From Candidatus Bathyarchaeota archaeon (lineage in GTDB: Archaea; Thermoproteota; Bathyarchaeia; 40CM-2-53-6; RBG-13-38-9), in NCBI GenBank assembly GCA_963807605.1, contig CAWECG010000003.1, positions 1,024,001 through 1,088,000 on the forward strand: a DNA stretch of 64,000 bases, given 5' to 3'. The position numbers were made by a program, and so were the translations under genes. Of this stretch, positions 22,236-37,513 are shown in pieces. Numbering within the stretch: position 1 is the first letter of the stretch; each line of letters begins with the position of its first letter. The notes below the pieces were generated by a model. It had not been told where the DNA came from. It made no database searches and worked only from the letters and a program-made list of their open reading frames with translations.

Positions 22236-23450
22236 TTATAATAGATGTCTCTCCAGCCAACTGCCAGTGTTTCTACCATAGCCCGTAGCAATGGTGACTA
22301 TCATTATAAGGATCGCCAGAGCTGTGATGATAAAATAGATTGTGGAATAATCCTCTTGCCAGTTGGCAGTTATTGTCTTTGGAGAATCCATAAGTACCTG
22401 GGCAATATTGTCAGCTGAAATTATCCCACCTGACCATCCGCCAAAGACTCTTTTTCCACCTAGGACTCCCAGGAGACCTGGCAGGGGCAGTTCTTTCTCT
22501 ATGCGTATCTGCGTGGTTGAACCCTCCTTATACCAGCCACTACCCGAAGGACTCCCATACGCAGATAAGAGTTGCAAGTAATATTCCCTATGATACTCGG
22601 CCTTAGCCTCGACAGGAGAATTGAGGACAACACTCACGCTTGACTCCTTGCTGACAGAGTCTGAAACAATCCACGAATCAAAAACATCTCTAACCCCTTG
22701 GGTAACTTGTACCATTTGTGGACAAGTCAGCAATATCGTGAAGCCCCTATCATACCACCCTGTATTCTTGGCTACGTCACCAGCTGGGGCTGATACAGAC
22801 AAAAAGTATTGAGTTGAATAGTAAAAGGTATGAGCCACCCTTTCCTCTCGTGTTGAGGGAGTGGACTTTCCGAGGTGCCACGAATTATCTTGGCAATAGA
22901 ATCTCAAGCCTTTTGAACTCTCTATGGAAGATTGGACAGAGAAGGTGTGGTCGACCAGAAGGTCCACCTCAATGGATACTGTTTCCCCTCCGAGTATCGA
23001 ATGAGTTGACGAATTGTCGACGCTTAAGTCTGCAGTGTACTGAGGTGGAACTCCATCTATGCTAATCGATACCTGAGTTGTTGGGAACCCGTATGTGGTT
23101 ATTGGTTGTAGATAGAAATTGATAGTTGTGTCAGAGCCATCCGATATGGCAACTGTCTGAGATTGGAAATAATCGAGTGTGACTGTTGAAAGCATTGCAG
23201 TCATGTTGTAGGTTCCGGCTGGAAGATAGGCGAAATAATAGCCAGCAGAGTCTGTTCTTATAGTGGTTTCGAAGAATTCACTTCGCACTATTATTGTTGT
23301 AAAGCCCGCCGGCACATAATCTCCTAGATAATCCCTAGCGAAGACTTGGCCCCTGACAGCGCCTCCTTGACCTTCAGTTGAAGGAATTATGAATGCCAAT
23401 GCAAGGACAAGTAGAAAAAGTGAAGATACTACGGACCTGTTGAGTAACAA
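22236..23450 (-). CDS. Secreted, membrane-anchored surface protein (carboxypeptidase-regulatory-like domain plus beta repeats)
   Basis: Signal peptide, TDSAGYY..LPAGTY, repeated GSGWY/FxxW units, C-terminal TM. Confidence 0.75.
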   Translation of the reverse strand: MLLNRSVVSSLFLLVLALAFIIPSTEGQGGAVRGQVFARDYLGDYVPAGFTTIIVRSEFFETTIRTDSAGYYFAYLPAGTYNMTAMLSTVTLDYFQSQTVAISDGSDTTINFYLQPITTYGFPTTQVSISIDGVPPQYTADLSVDNSSTHSILGGETVSIEVDLLVDHTFSVQSSIESSKGLRFYCQDNSWHLGKSTPSTREERVAHTFYYSTQYFLSVSAPAGDVAKNTGWYDRGFTILLTCPQMVQVTQGVRDVFDSWIVSDSVSKESSVSVVLNSPVEAKAEYHREYYLQLLSAYGSPSGSGWYKEGSTTQIRIEKELPLPGLLGVLGGKRVFGGWSGGIISADNIAQVLMDSPKTITANWQEDYSTIYFIITALAILIMIVTIATGYGRNTGSWLERHLL

Positions 23451-23554
23451 CCTCTATCGAACATGAATAATATTCGGCCCCTAATATTCATCATCTTAAG
23501 CGCCATAATAATCAGGTTATTCATTCCAATCGGACGTGATTTAGGGGTGTCCTC

Positions 23555-24481
23555 TTAGAGGAGCCTTGCACCTTCAAAATCGATCTTTGTCGAGAACAAC
23601 TTAACTCCTCGAAATTGGCCTCTCAACACTTCAAGAACATGACCGGTCAGGTCTTCCTCAACTACAGCATGGAAGGCCTCCCCTAGCATGTTCTGAGTAG
23701 CTCCTATCGCACCAGCACTCTTGGCAGCGGCAATAAGCATCTTGATTTGTTCTGTCATGAAGCCGACCTTCAGGGCAAACTCCTCTGACCGCTGAAGGAA
23801 GTTATTCAAATTAGGTTCGGATAGAATTAGTCTCATTGTTCTGCCACCTACTCGACCAATTCTCTGAGTGGTGATTGCAGAATCTAAAACACTACGTTTT
23901 GATATTGGTCCATAAGATCCTGAGATGATTCTATAAGAGGATTTGAGCGGGATGCGATCGATCCTGCATAGGCCAGGAGGTCCTCCTTCTCTCTGTATTA
24001 CACAACCTCCAACCATTAGCGGACCTACAGTTCCCAGACCGGTTTCCTGTCTTATCTCCGCAGCATGGGCGAAGAATCCAGCTTGATCAAATGTCATCCC
24101 AAGATCAAGCAGTTCATTCAGCGCAAGCGCTGTTGATAGTGCGCCTGCGGCGCTAGTTCCGTATCCAGCCCCTACTGGAATCTCTATCTGGTGCTCAACC
24201 TTTAAGGCAAATCTGCCCTCAGACCGCTTCAATAGCAGTTCCGCTACAGTCTCCGTTGTGTAAGCATCAAGTGTAGGCCTGCCATTTATGAAGACCGCTA
24301 CACTGTTCTTTCTCGCCCGTCGGGCTGCTACAGACGTTGTTGTTCCTCTTCTGGTTGTTAAGCCGCCCCCCCGAGCTGCCATTCGAATATCTGTTAAGGA
24401 TGGATCTACCGTTTTCTTTAGCATATAGGGCTGGAAGAAGCTTGTAATTCCGCCAGGGCTGAAGGCCGTCACAGGAACCAT
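23555..24481 (-). CDS. Pantoate kinase (GHMP family)
   Basis: AFSPGGITSFF, PVGAGYGTSAA, AEI..TGLGTV, QNMLGE. Confidence 0.88.
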   Translation of the reverse strand: MVPVTAFSPGGITSFFQPYMLKKTVDPSLTDIRMAARGGGLTTRRGTTTSVAARRARKNSVAVFINGRPTLDAYTTETVAELLLKRSEGRFALKVEHQIEIPVGAGYGTSAAGALSTALALNELLDLGMTFDQAGFFAHAAEIRQETGLGTVGPLMVGGCVIQREGGPPGLCRIDRIPLKSSYRIISGSYGPISKRSVLDSAITTQRIGRVGGRTMRLILSEPNLNNFLQRSEEFALKVGFMTEQIKMLIAAAKSAGAIGATQNMLGEAFHAVVEEDLTGHVLEVLRGQFRGVKLFSTKIDFEGARLL

Positions 24482-24641
24482 GGGAGTCACATTCTGGCCG
24501 ACAAACAAAATGGCGAAGGGGCTTATCAGTCTTGGTACAAAGCTATGTACTCCTATGCCGGCATTATTAGACAACAAATTTTTCCCAAAAGCGTTTTATT
24601 TAAGGTCTACACAGATCGACGCGTTAAGGAACAGGTAGTCT

Positions 24642-25142
24642 ATGGTTTCAGTCACCTTTGCTGGTAAAGTTCTCTTAATGGTCGGAGGAGCCGCCCTCAT
24701 AGCAGTGGGAATGATAATGTTTCTCATTACTTACTGGTGGTGGGGCAACTTCTTTAGCAGCAGTCTTGTTCTCCTCCTGTTTGTCCCTATGGGAATGTTG
24801 CTGCTGTTTACCACATTAATAGTCGGTACGAAACCTAGCAAGCCAAAATATCCGCCTGGCTATGCCCAGTATTATCAGCAGTACAATGTGCCGGGTCAGG
24901 CTCCGGGTCAGTATCCGGGTCAGGCTCAGTATCCTCCTCCACCGCAAGATTTTGAGTCCCAACAGAAACTATACAAGCAGATATATGACCAAGCCTATCA
25001 GTTTGCATACCAGCAGGGTTACCAGGTGGGACTGCAGAAAGGTATTGAGCAGCTTTACAGGGGCCAGCGTCAACCCTACCAGCAGCCCTTCCAGCAACCA
25101 TTTCAACAGCCCTATCAGCAGTATTACCAGTATCCCATGTAA
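24642..25142 (+). CDS. Membrane protein with a Q/Y/P-rich low-complexity tail
   Basis: Two TM helices, then PGQ and QQP[YF] repeats. Confidence 0.75.
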   Translation: MVSVTFAGKVLLMVGGAALIAVGMIMFLITYWWWGNFFSSSLVLLLFVPMGMLLLFTTLIVGTKPSKPKYPPGYAQYYQQYNVPGQAPGQYPGQAQYPPPPQDFESQQKLYKQIYDQAYQFAYQQGYQVGLQKGIEQLYRGQRQPYQQPFQQPFQQPYQQYYQYPM

Positions 25143-25166
25143 CTGGTGTCGTGAACATCAACGCAG

Positions 25167-26051
25167 TCAGTATCTAAAGATCTCTTTCATCAAGTTAGTG
25201 GTAACTAAATCCGCGACGAGTTCAACCTTGGCGAAGGTGTCATGAGTAGACATCTGGGTTATTGCCCAAGAAACTCCGACGAGCCTTCTTCTCAACTCTG
25301 TAGAAAGGTAGTCTAGTTCTCTGTCTACGGGACTGTCCTCGGTATTCCTCCAACTCTGATGATCTAAAGTTGCTGCGACGCATGCAAGATCTTTGAACCT
25401 CGCTGCGAGACAGAGAAGCATCTTAGCCGGGTCTCTTTTTGAGAGATTCCAAGCCTCCAGGTCATCCTTCTCCGTCTTCAGAACATGAAGTGAATAAGCG
25501 ATTTGATCGTCGATGTATTTGTGGTCCAGAAGAAGTCTCGTAACCTCATAGTCTTTTACACCCATGGAGATTAGGTAGAGAATATCAATAATGAATGTCC
25601 TCGGGAGGCTGTACTTCTCCGAGGCCTCAAACAAAGATCTTGGGACGGCAAAAACATAGTATTCAAGTGAGCCATGCAAGACTGAATGAGCGACCTCATG
25701 TCTTATGATAGCTCCTATAAGGAGAGGATTCAGTCTCTGTAATCTCTCGTAGCATATCAGAATTCTAGGGATCCCCGTCCACGCCTCATGAGTCGCTACG
25801 AAATCTGCCTCCAGCCCGGATGAATAAGCCCCAACAAGATATTTTTCTCTTAAGGAAAATGCCTCCATCCTGGAAGAATTCTCGAATAGAATGACATCGA
25901 CAATTTCCAGACTGTGGGGACTAAGTCGTCGATAGCAATCTTCCATTACAGTCTGGATTTCGATTACCGCTTCATCGGGTATTCTTCCAAACTTCTGAAG
26001 GATAATCTCCAAGGATCGTAACCTTGCAGAGCTAATATGTTCCGTTCTCAT
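25167..26051 (-). CDS. Hypothetical protein with HExxH motif
   Basis: HEVAHSVLHG. Confidence 0.7.
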   Translation of the reverse strand: MRTEHISSARLRSLEIILQKFGRIPDEAVIEIQTVMEDCYRRLSPHSLEIVDVILFENSSRMEAFSLREKYLVGAYSSGLEADFVATHEAWTGIPRILICYERLQRLNPLLIGAIIRHEVAHSVLHGSLEYYVFAVPRSLFEASEKYSLPRTFIIDILYLISMGVKDYEVTRLLLDHKYIDDQIAYSLHVLKTEKDDLEAWNLSKRDPAKMLLCLAARFKDLACVAATLDHQSWRNTEDSPVDRELDYLSTELRRRLVGVSWAITQMSTHDTFAKVELVADLVTTNLMKEIFRY

Positions 26052-26353
26052 AAGATTTTGAATTCAAGGACTGGCGCCTCCAATTCAACATGCTTTTCTC
26101 ATTGCTCGGAAGAGATCCATAAAGAGTCAGCCGACTGCCACAGGCGATTCTTGTTTACTAGCGAGGAACCTTTTTAAACCGGATTCCCAAAAGAGTACGA
26201 ATCGTCAAATTGAGGGACACGGCTTGGGTGACCACCAAATTCCCTACTAATATAGTGAACAATCTTCAAAAGAAGGCCTCAGGCAGAACACATTCTGAAA
26301 CAGACGTGTACTCCGCCTCGATTCATGAAAGAATTCTTGCCAAGAAGACTCCA

Positions 26354-27952
26354 ATGCGATACGTTGAACTTTACGACACAACTCTCAGAGATGGAAATCA
26401 GGGAGTTGGGATAAACTTCACCGTAGAGGATAAACTCAAGATTGCAAGGCATCTCTCAGATTTTGGAGTAAAGATTATTGAAGGCGGCTGGCCTAGCGAG
26501 GTTAATCGTTCTGAGGCCGAATTTTTCAAACGCTTCAGCCACGAAGGACTTGACGCAACGATATCGGCTATCGGAGCAACACGGAAGCCAAATTCCAGAC
26601 CGCCGAGGGATCAAAACCTCAAGGACATACTCTCGGTTGAGGCCGACTACGTCACAATTGTGGGGAAATCTTGGAAACTTCATGTAGAGAAAGTCCTAGA
26701 CACGACTCTTGAAGAGAACCTCCGGATGATAACGGACTCGATAGAATATCTGAGCGAACAAGGTCGCAAAGTGATCTTCGACGCAGAACACTTCTTTGAC
26801 GGATTCAAGGCGGATCCAGAATATGCAATGCAGACCGTTATGGCTGCTATAGATGGTGGAGCGAAGACTGCCGTACTTTGCGATACACGCGGTAGTTCTA
26901 TCCCCGATGAGGTCCGCGAGATAACGCTCCAAATTTCAAAAGAAATAAGCGAGACAATAGGAATTCACGCCCATAATGATAGAGGCCTCGCCACAGCAAT
27001 CTCACTTTCTGCGGTAATGGCTGGTGCCAAACATTTCCAAGGCACTGTGAACGGAATCGGCGAGCGATGTGGAAACGCCAATCTCATAGAGTTCATAGCA
27101 AACCTCGAATTCAGCTTAGGCTACAAGACAGAACAAGATCTGACAAAACTAACTCAACTCTCAGACTACGTCAATGATATTGCCAACTTGGATCGTAACA
27201 GCTACATGCCGTTTGTCGGAAGGTATGCTTTCGCTCACAAAGCAGGTCTACACGGCCATGCTGTCTTGAGACTTGCCAAAGCATATGAGAGTATTGATCC
27301 GAGCCTTGTTGGAAATACCCGAATGATAACCGTCTCCAGTCAAGCGGGATTAGCAAATATAATCTCAAAAGCCCAAGAGTTCGGATTCAAACTCTACAAG
27401 GAGAATCCCAAAGCTAGAGCCATCCTCTTAAAGATCAAAGAGATGGAGGCCGCGGGTTACAATCTTGAGAACGCCAATGGAACCCTTAACCTCCTGTACG
27501 CTCGGGACTTTGGGGTCAACCTAGACTTCTTCGACCTAGTCAATTGGCGAGCCTTTGTAACGGGGGAGGATGGAAACGTCAGAGCAGAGAGTACAGTCAA
27601 GATGATTGTGGACGGAGAAACCATCATTACCGCTGGAGAGGGAAATGGGCCTGTCAACGCGTTTGACATGGCACTTCGAAAAGCCCTCCGGGTGTATTAT
27701 CCTGAACTCAAAGAAGTCAAGTTGACCGGATACCGAGTGAGAGAAATCAATGTTGAGAAAGGAACTGCCGCAGCAGTGAGGGTCTTCACAGAATTTGAAG
27801 CCGAAGGTATGCGTTGGTCAACAGTTGGAGTCTCAACGAACGTTCTCAAGGCAAGCGAAGAGGCCTTGATAGATGGGTACATTTACTTCCTATACAAATC
27901 TGAGAACGAAAGACCGAAGTCAGGAGAAAAGAAAAACTGCTCATACAAGTGA
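26354..27952 (+). CDS. cimA: Citramalate synthase (LeuA/CimA family)
   Basis: YDTTLRDGNQ, FDAEHFFDG, HAHND, GERCGN, GNGPVNAFD regulatory domain. Confidence 0.88.
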   Translation: MRYVELYDTTLRDGNQGVGINFTVEDKLKIARHLSDFGVKIIEGGWPSEVNRSEAEFFKRFSHEGLDATISAIGATRKPNSRPPRDQNLKDILSVEADYVTIVGKSWKLHVEKVLDTTLEENLRMITDSIEYLSEQGRKVIFDAEHFFDGFKADPEYAMQTVMAAIDGGAKTAVLCDTRGSSIPDEVREITLQISKEISETIGIHAHNDRGLATAISLSAVMAGAKHFQGTVNGIGERCGNANLIEFIANLEFSLGYKTEQDLTKLTQLSDYVNDIANLDRNSYMPFVGRYAFAHKAGLHGHAVLRLAKAYESIDPSLVGNTRMITVSSQAGLANIISKAQEFGFKLYKENPKARAILLKIKEMEAAGYNLENANGTLNLLYARDFGVNLDFFDLVNWRAFVTGEDGNVRAESTVKMIVDGETIITAGEGNGPVNAFDMALRKALRVYYPELKEVKLTGYRVREINVEKGTAAAVRVFTEFEAEGMRWSTVGVSTNVLKASEEALIDGYIYFLYKSENERPKSGEKKNCSYK

Positions 27953-28277
27953 GTGGTCTCAGTCCGCTACGAGAGTTTCACGGATCAAGACTTATATCTG
28001 GGGAGCCACAATATCCTGTCTTGACCGCAGAAGAATGCGGGCCCGTGAAAAAAATGGCGGCGTCAACCCGACGGTAAGGGCTCTACAGCCCATGAATGAA
28101 AGGTTGACCTCCAATCGCGGGTAAAATGATGAGGACCAAAACAAACCTGGAATATGCCTCTAGGAACGCTTTGGTCTAATACTGGTTCACAGTCTATCCT
28201 GCCAATCTTCAACCCAGATAAGGGTTAAAGTAGACTGTATCCCAAAAAGTCCCAACTTTATGGGGAATATTAAATCA

Positions 28278-29778
<1,501 letters not shown>

Positions 29779-29896
29779 TAGAAAAGCCATTATTTGGGCT
29801 GAGGGGCATAAGGAAAGACTGCGAACCACTGTTGATGCAGCCTCCAAACTTTTTGGAGGCGAAGGGTTGAGTGGGCTTCCAAGGCTCACAGTGACG

Positions 29897-33047
<3,151 letters not shown>

Positions 33048-33094
33048 TAACTCGACCTGAAAGCTTATTCACACAACCACGCCAGATAGTGATC

Positions 33095-33388
33095 GGTTGG
33101 CGAGCCGGTGAGCAGCTTCCGAGCTTAGGCTTGAGGAAACTCCACCCACAATGCGGAAGCGTGGCACTTGAAGTGTCGGATGAGAATTCGGGCGCGGGCA
33201 CAGAAAGCAGACCTCACCAAGCCATAGACCATGATGCGGAGACGCTGAGCGGCTCGGTGAGGGTGAAATAGCCGGCCCACGCTGTGAAAGGAGTAATAGG
33301 CGTCAATGAGGACCGCATGAGACGCGGGTACTCCGATTAGATGAATGCTGCCTAAAACAGAAGGTGGGTTACGGCCGGCACGCCAACC
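33095..33388 (+). ncRNA. rnpB: RNase P RNA
   Basis: GAGGAAACTCCACC and AACAGAAGGTGGGTTA (P4); terminal helix GGTTGGCG/CGCCAACC; about 294 nt. Confidence 0.92.
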
Positions 33389-33653
33389 AAAGTCACACTT
33401 CAGTAAAGATACTATTGCAGTATTGCAGTTCTAACGCTTATAGTGTCCAATTTTCTGGAAACCATACCCCCCACACCACCGGTATATGTTTGCAGAGGCA
33501 GTAATGTTCATTGATGATGCGTTTTTTCAATCATTTATGGATTTATTTGCGTCTTTATGTTGTTTTTGTTTAGATTTATGCCAGTTTAATATCTGAATAG
33601 CTAGAGTGGACGCAGGCGACATCAGAACTTTTGAAAGAATAATAGCTCCAAGA

Positions 33654-34354
33654 CACTGGCAGGCTGTTCAATCTATGATTCCTCGACATTTTATTTTCAA
33701 GGCAGAATCACCAAAAAGCACCAGTATAACGCCTCTGACCCTGTCAATCTTGTGTTGAACTATGCTTATGGAGTGCTTGAGGGCGAATGTCGCAGAGCAA
33801 TCAACATTGTAGGATTGGAGCCCTCTATCGGCTTTCTACACGACTTCGCTGATTACCAGACCAAGCAGTCATTAGTCTATGATTTACAGGAACCCTTCAG
33901 ATGGCTTGGCGATGTTATAACAATACAGGCTTTCGAGTCTGGTCTGTTAGACATAAGGGATTTCTATTTTATAGGCGACGACTACCGCTATCACTTTGAG
34001 GTAGAGGCAAAGAGAAGATTTCTTGAGTTTCTCAAAGGCAAGTTCAATTCCGGCGTTAACTACAAAAATAAGACCTGGAAGTGGGATACAATAATCCTCA
34101 ACAAGACCGAGGAACTGAGCCGTTTTCTATTAGGAAAATCTCAGTCTCTGAACTTTGCCGAGCCTGCTCCCAGTTTGATAAGAAGCGACAGTCTAGATCT
34201 CCGTAAGCGAATACTAGAGTTGACACAAAGAGAGGCTCAAGAGTCAAGCATAGGAAGAACCACGCTTCACTATTTGCGTAAAAGTGCAGAGGGTCAGAGA
34301 CCCTTCAAGGTCTACAGGCGGGTCCGTCATAAACTTGAATTGCCTACTCCATGA
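33654..34354 (+). pseudogene. cas1: Casposase-type Cas1, N-terminally truncated and frameshifted
   Basis: NASDPVNLVLNYAYGVLE, GLEPSIGFLH, SLVYDLQEPFR and a C-terminal HTH-like extension (GRTTLHYLRK); no CRISPR array or other cas genes. Confidence 0.85.
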
Positions 34355-34376
34355 TTGATGACTGGGAGGTCATCGA

Positions 34377-35081
34377 GTGCCCAAATCAGGACTGGAAAGT
34401 ATAGGTGAAGGCGAGTACGGCTGGGTTCTCTTAGAACGCTTAGAAGACGGGTTGATGGAATTCGCCGACGTGATTGAATTACGAGACAATCACTTAGGAG
34501 TTTTCTCCAGACGAATAGCTCTGAAGTTGTTTGAAGTAGGAACGATAGCTGAAGGTCTTTTCAAGAAAATAGTAGAAGACGCCCTGCTTGAACAATCTAA
34601 CGTGAACCCGAATGATTTGAAGGAAGCACGGCAGATGAGGAAGCCTTTTCCGGACATACGGAACTTCCAAAGAGTGCTGGAGCCTGTTTTCAAACTCAGC
34701 AAACGGTCTGTGACTTTTCGCTACATCAAGTTCGCTGAGAAGTTTAATCCGTTTTCAAGTTTTGCCAATGATGATGTAATTTCACCTCCTTGGTGGCTTA
34801 CCTACACTGAAGTGAAGCATGATTTCTTCAAAAACAGTGAGAAGGCTACGCTTGGAATGCTTATGGAAGGTGTATCAGCGGTTTTTCTTCTTACTGTTTC
34901 CTGTCCAGCATACTGGCCTGTGTTAGCTCTTAACAATAGGTTTGTTTGGAGACAGCCAGGTGAGATAACAACAGCCGCAATCATGGCAGGGCAATTGTAT
35001 AAAACGGTTGTCTTAGCTCACTTCGGTGAGAAAGCAGTGGAATCACCGCCGGCACCTTACGAGGTAGGCCCCTCCCTTTAA
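34377..35081 (+). CDS. Hypothetical protein
   Basis: 234-aa ORF following cas1; PWW..Y..VKHD...ATL motif. Confidence 0.65.
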   Translation: MPKSGLESIGEGEYGWVLLERLEDGLMEFADVIELRDNHLGVFSRRIALKLFEVGTIAEGLFKKIVEDALLEQSNVNPNDLKEARQMRKPFPDIRNFQRVLEPVFKLSKRSVTFRYIKFAEKFNPFSSFANDDVISPPWWLTYTEVKHDFFKNSEKATLGMLMEGVSAVFLLTVSCPAYWPVLALNNRFVWRQPGEITTAAIMAGQLYKTVVLAHFGEKAVESPPAPYEVGPSL

Positions 35082-35345
35082 TCAAATAGTCGCCAACAGT
35101 CGACTTTTTTCAGCATCGTTAGCTGTATTTTATCCTGACACGAAAAGATGGGAGATTCCACGATGACTAATGAAAGAGAGCTCCTTTTTAGTGTGCTCAC
35201 CAGCTATGGCACACAAATATAGTATGTCTTGCCTCACAAGTTCCTCAACAGCTGTCGTTATCCTCATTACTTGGTGCCTTAGAAAGCCAGATAAGGTCTC
35301 GGTAAATCTCAACAAGGACCGAGCGAGGGAAAAGCTGAGAATCAA

Positions 35346-37193
35346 ATGACCGACAATTCTACTGAACTTGAAAGCAGACCCCAGGAACTTCTCCGACTTG
35401 CACTGATGGCATTTGCGGCTCTTTTCAGCTGGCTCGGATGGTGGAGGTTCTTCCTGCCAATAGATCTAGTAGCTTTAGCGTCTACGCTGATTGGGGGATA
35501 TCCAATCTACAGGGAAACACTGCAATCTCTCAAACATAAGAAAATCAACATGGAAGTCTCGATGACCATAGCCATATTTACGTCTCTGTTGATTGATCAG
35601 TTCACTGCGGCTGCGGTTATCGCATTATTCGTGATTTTGGCAGAACTTCTTGAAGAGATGGCTGTTGACAAGGGTAGGGCGACTATAGTCAAACTAGAGG
35701 AAAGCATACCGAAGAAAGCCTTGGTGAAGAGAAACGGAGCGGAATTAGTCGTTGATCTTGCAACTCTATCCTTAGGCGAAGTTGTAGTTGTGAGGGATGG
35801 TGAGCGGATCCCAGTAGACGGTAGCATCGTTAGAGGTTCCGCGTTAGTAAACCAAGGGAACATTACAGGGGAGACGGTATCAGTAGAGAAGAGTGTCGGG
35901 AACAGAGTCTTCGCTGGGAGTGTAGACGAGTCTGGTCTCTTAGAGGTTAGCGTTGAAAGAATCGGCAAAGAGACTATTTTTAGCAAAATAATTGAATTAG
36001 TCCAAGAAGCTGAAAGCCAGAAGGCTCCCATTCAGAAGATTTCCGATAAGCTTGCAACTTGGCTAGTTGAATTCGCCATCCTCTTCTCAATAGTAACATT
36101 CGCCGTGACGAGGAACCTCATCTCCACAATCTCAGTTATCGTTGTTGCAGGCGCCTGCGGCGTTGCGGCAGGTACACCCCTAGCGATGGTAGCTACGATG
36201 GGAAATGCTGCTAAGCGAGGAGTCATCGTTAAGGGAGGCACCTACATTGAGGAAATGAACCACATCGATACAGTTGTAATAGACAAAACCGGAACATTGA
36301 CTTTCGGCGTGCCCGAAGTTACCGACGTAACAAGTGTGGACAGGTGTGATCAACGACAACTTCTTCAATTTGCAGCCACAGCCGAGAGACATTCGAATCA
36401 TCCGATCGCTAATGCAATCGTCGAAAAGGCAACCGAACTCGGCATAATGCCGAATGAGCATTCCACGTTCAGCTACACGCTAGGCAAAGGAGTTGAGGTT
36501 GAAAGCAACGGACACAATATCTTGGTAGGAAACAGAACCTTACTTGCAGACAAAGGCATCACAGTCTCCACTCAAGCTTCAGTCGTAGCCTCCCAGAGGG
36601 CATCTGAAGGTAAAACAGTCGTCTACGTGGCTCATAGTGACAAGATCTGTGGGCTCATCGCAATCGCCGATAGAATAAGGGACGAGAGCTTAACGGCGAT
36701 AGCGGACCTGAAGCGAATAGGAATCCGAACCATCATGCTGACTGGCGATAATAAGGTCGCGGCTCAGATCGTGGCAAATGAAGTAGGGATAGATGAAGTG
36801 TACGCTGAATTGCTCCCTCAGGATAAGGTTGCCATCATAAAACGGTTGGTAGCTGAAGGGCATAAAGTGGCCATGGTTGGAGATGGAATCAATGATGCTC
36901 CCGCACTCGCACACGCGAACGTTGGAATCGGGATGGGTGCAGGAACAGACGTTACCATTGAAGAAGCAGACATCGTACTGTTGACCAATGATCTTCAGAA
37001 GATTTCATACATCGTCAAGGCAAGCAAACGTGCTTATGGAACTGTAATGCAAAACTTCTACGGAACAATTACCATTGATGGAATAGGCGTAGCCCTGGCA
37101 TTCCTAGGATTCCTCAACCCACTCTCAGCTGCTGGAATTCATGTTCTTTCAGAGTTCATTTTCATTTTAAACTCTGCAAAACTCATCAGGTGA
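35346..37193 (+). CDS. Heavy-metal P1B-type ATPase
   Basis: TGE, DKTGT, HP, TGD and GDGINDAP motifs. Confidence 0.95.
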   Translation: MTDNSTELESRPQELLRLALMAFAALFSWLGWWRFFLPIDLVALASTLIGGYPIYRETLQSLKHKKINMEVSMTIAIFTSLLIDQFTAAAVIALFVILAELLEEMAVDKGRATIVKLEESIPKKALVKRNGAELVVDLATLSLGEVVVVRDGERIPVDGSIVRGSALVNQGNITGETVSVEKSVGNRVFAGSVDESGLLEVSVERIGKETIFSKIIELVQEAESQKAPIQKISDKLATWLVEFAILFSIVTFAVTRNLISTISVIVVAGACGVAAGTPLAMVATMGNAAKRGVIVKGGTYIEEMNHIDTVVIDKTGTLTFGVPEVTDVTSVDRCDQRQLLQFAATAERHSNHPIANAIVEKATELGIMPNEHSTFSYTLGKGVEVESNGHNILVGNRTLLADKGITVSTQASVVASQRASEGKTVVYVAHSDKICGLIAIADRIRDESLTAIADLKRIGIRTIMLTGDNKVAAQIVANEVGIDEVYAELLPQDKVAIIKRLVAEGHKVAMVGDGINDAPALAHANVGIGMGAGTDVTIEEADIVLLTNDLQKISYIVKASKRAYGTVMQNFYGTITIDGIGVALAFLGFLNPLSAAGIHVLSEFIFILNSAKLIR

Positions 37194-37513
37194 CAGTGGT
37201 TTTCAGGATGCTTGCAAGTGTGTGTATCCGTCGGTGAGTGTGTCGTAGTTTGAATCGTCGTTCGTCGCCAAAAAAAAAATAAAGTGTGTGTGTGTGCCAT
37301 AGCTGGTGAGAGCACCCAGAATTGAACCAGCGTTTTCGATTTTTGGTAGCACGCGACTACATGAAGGTAGATACACAGTGCTGATTCTTCATGTATTTTT
37401 GAACTTGGATAATGCTGCAATGTGCGAGAACAGATAGAGTATTAGTCGAGAAGCGTGGAAGAGGCCATCATGATTGATTAGTCCCTTCGACTAAATATCA
37501 TAATGACTGTCTC

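Noticed and set aside
33095-33388. 5S rRNA or self-splicing intron after the 23S
   Set aside because: Length and P4 signature identify RNase P RNA
33400-34400. CRISPR-Cas locus suggested by cas1
   Set aside because: No repeat-spacer array, cas2 or effector genes; the protein has casposase-like features
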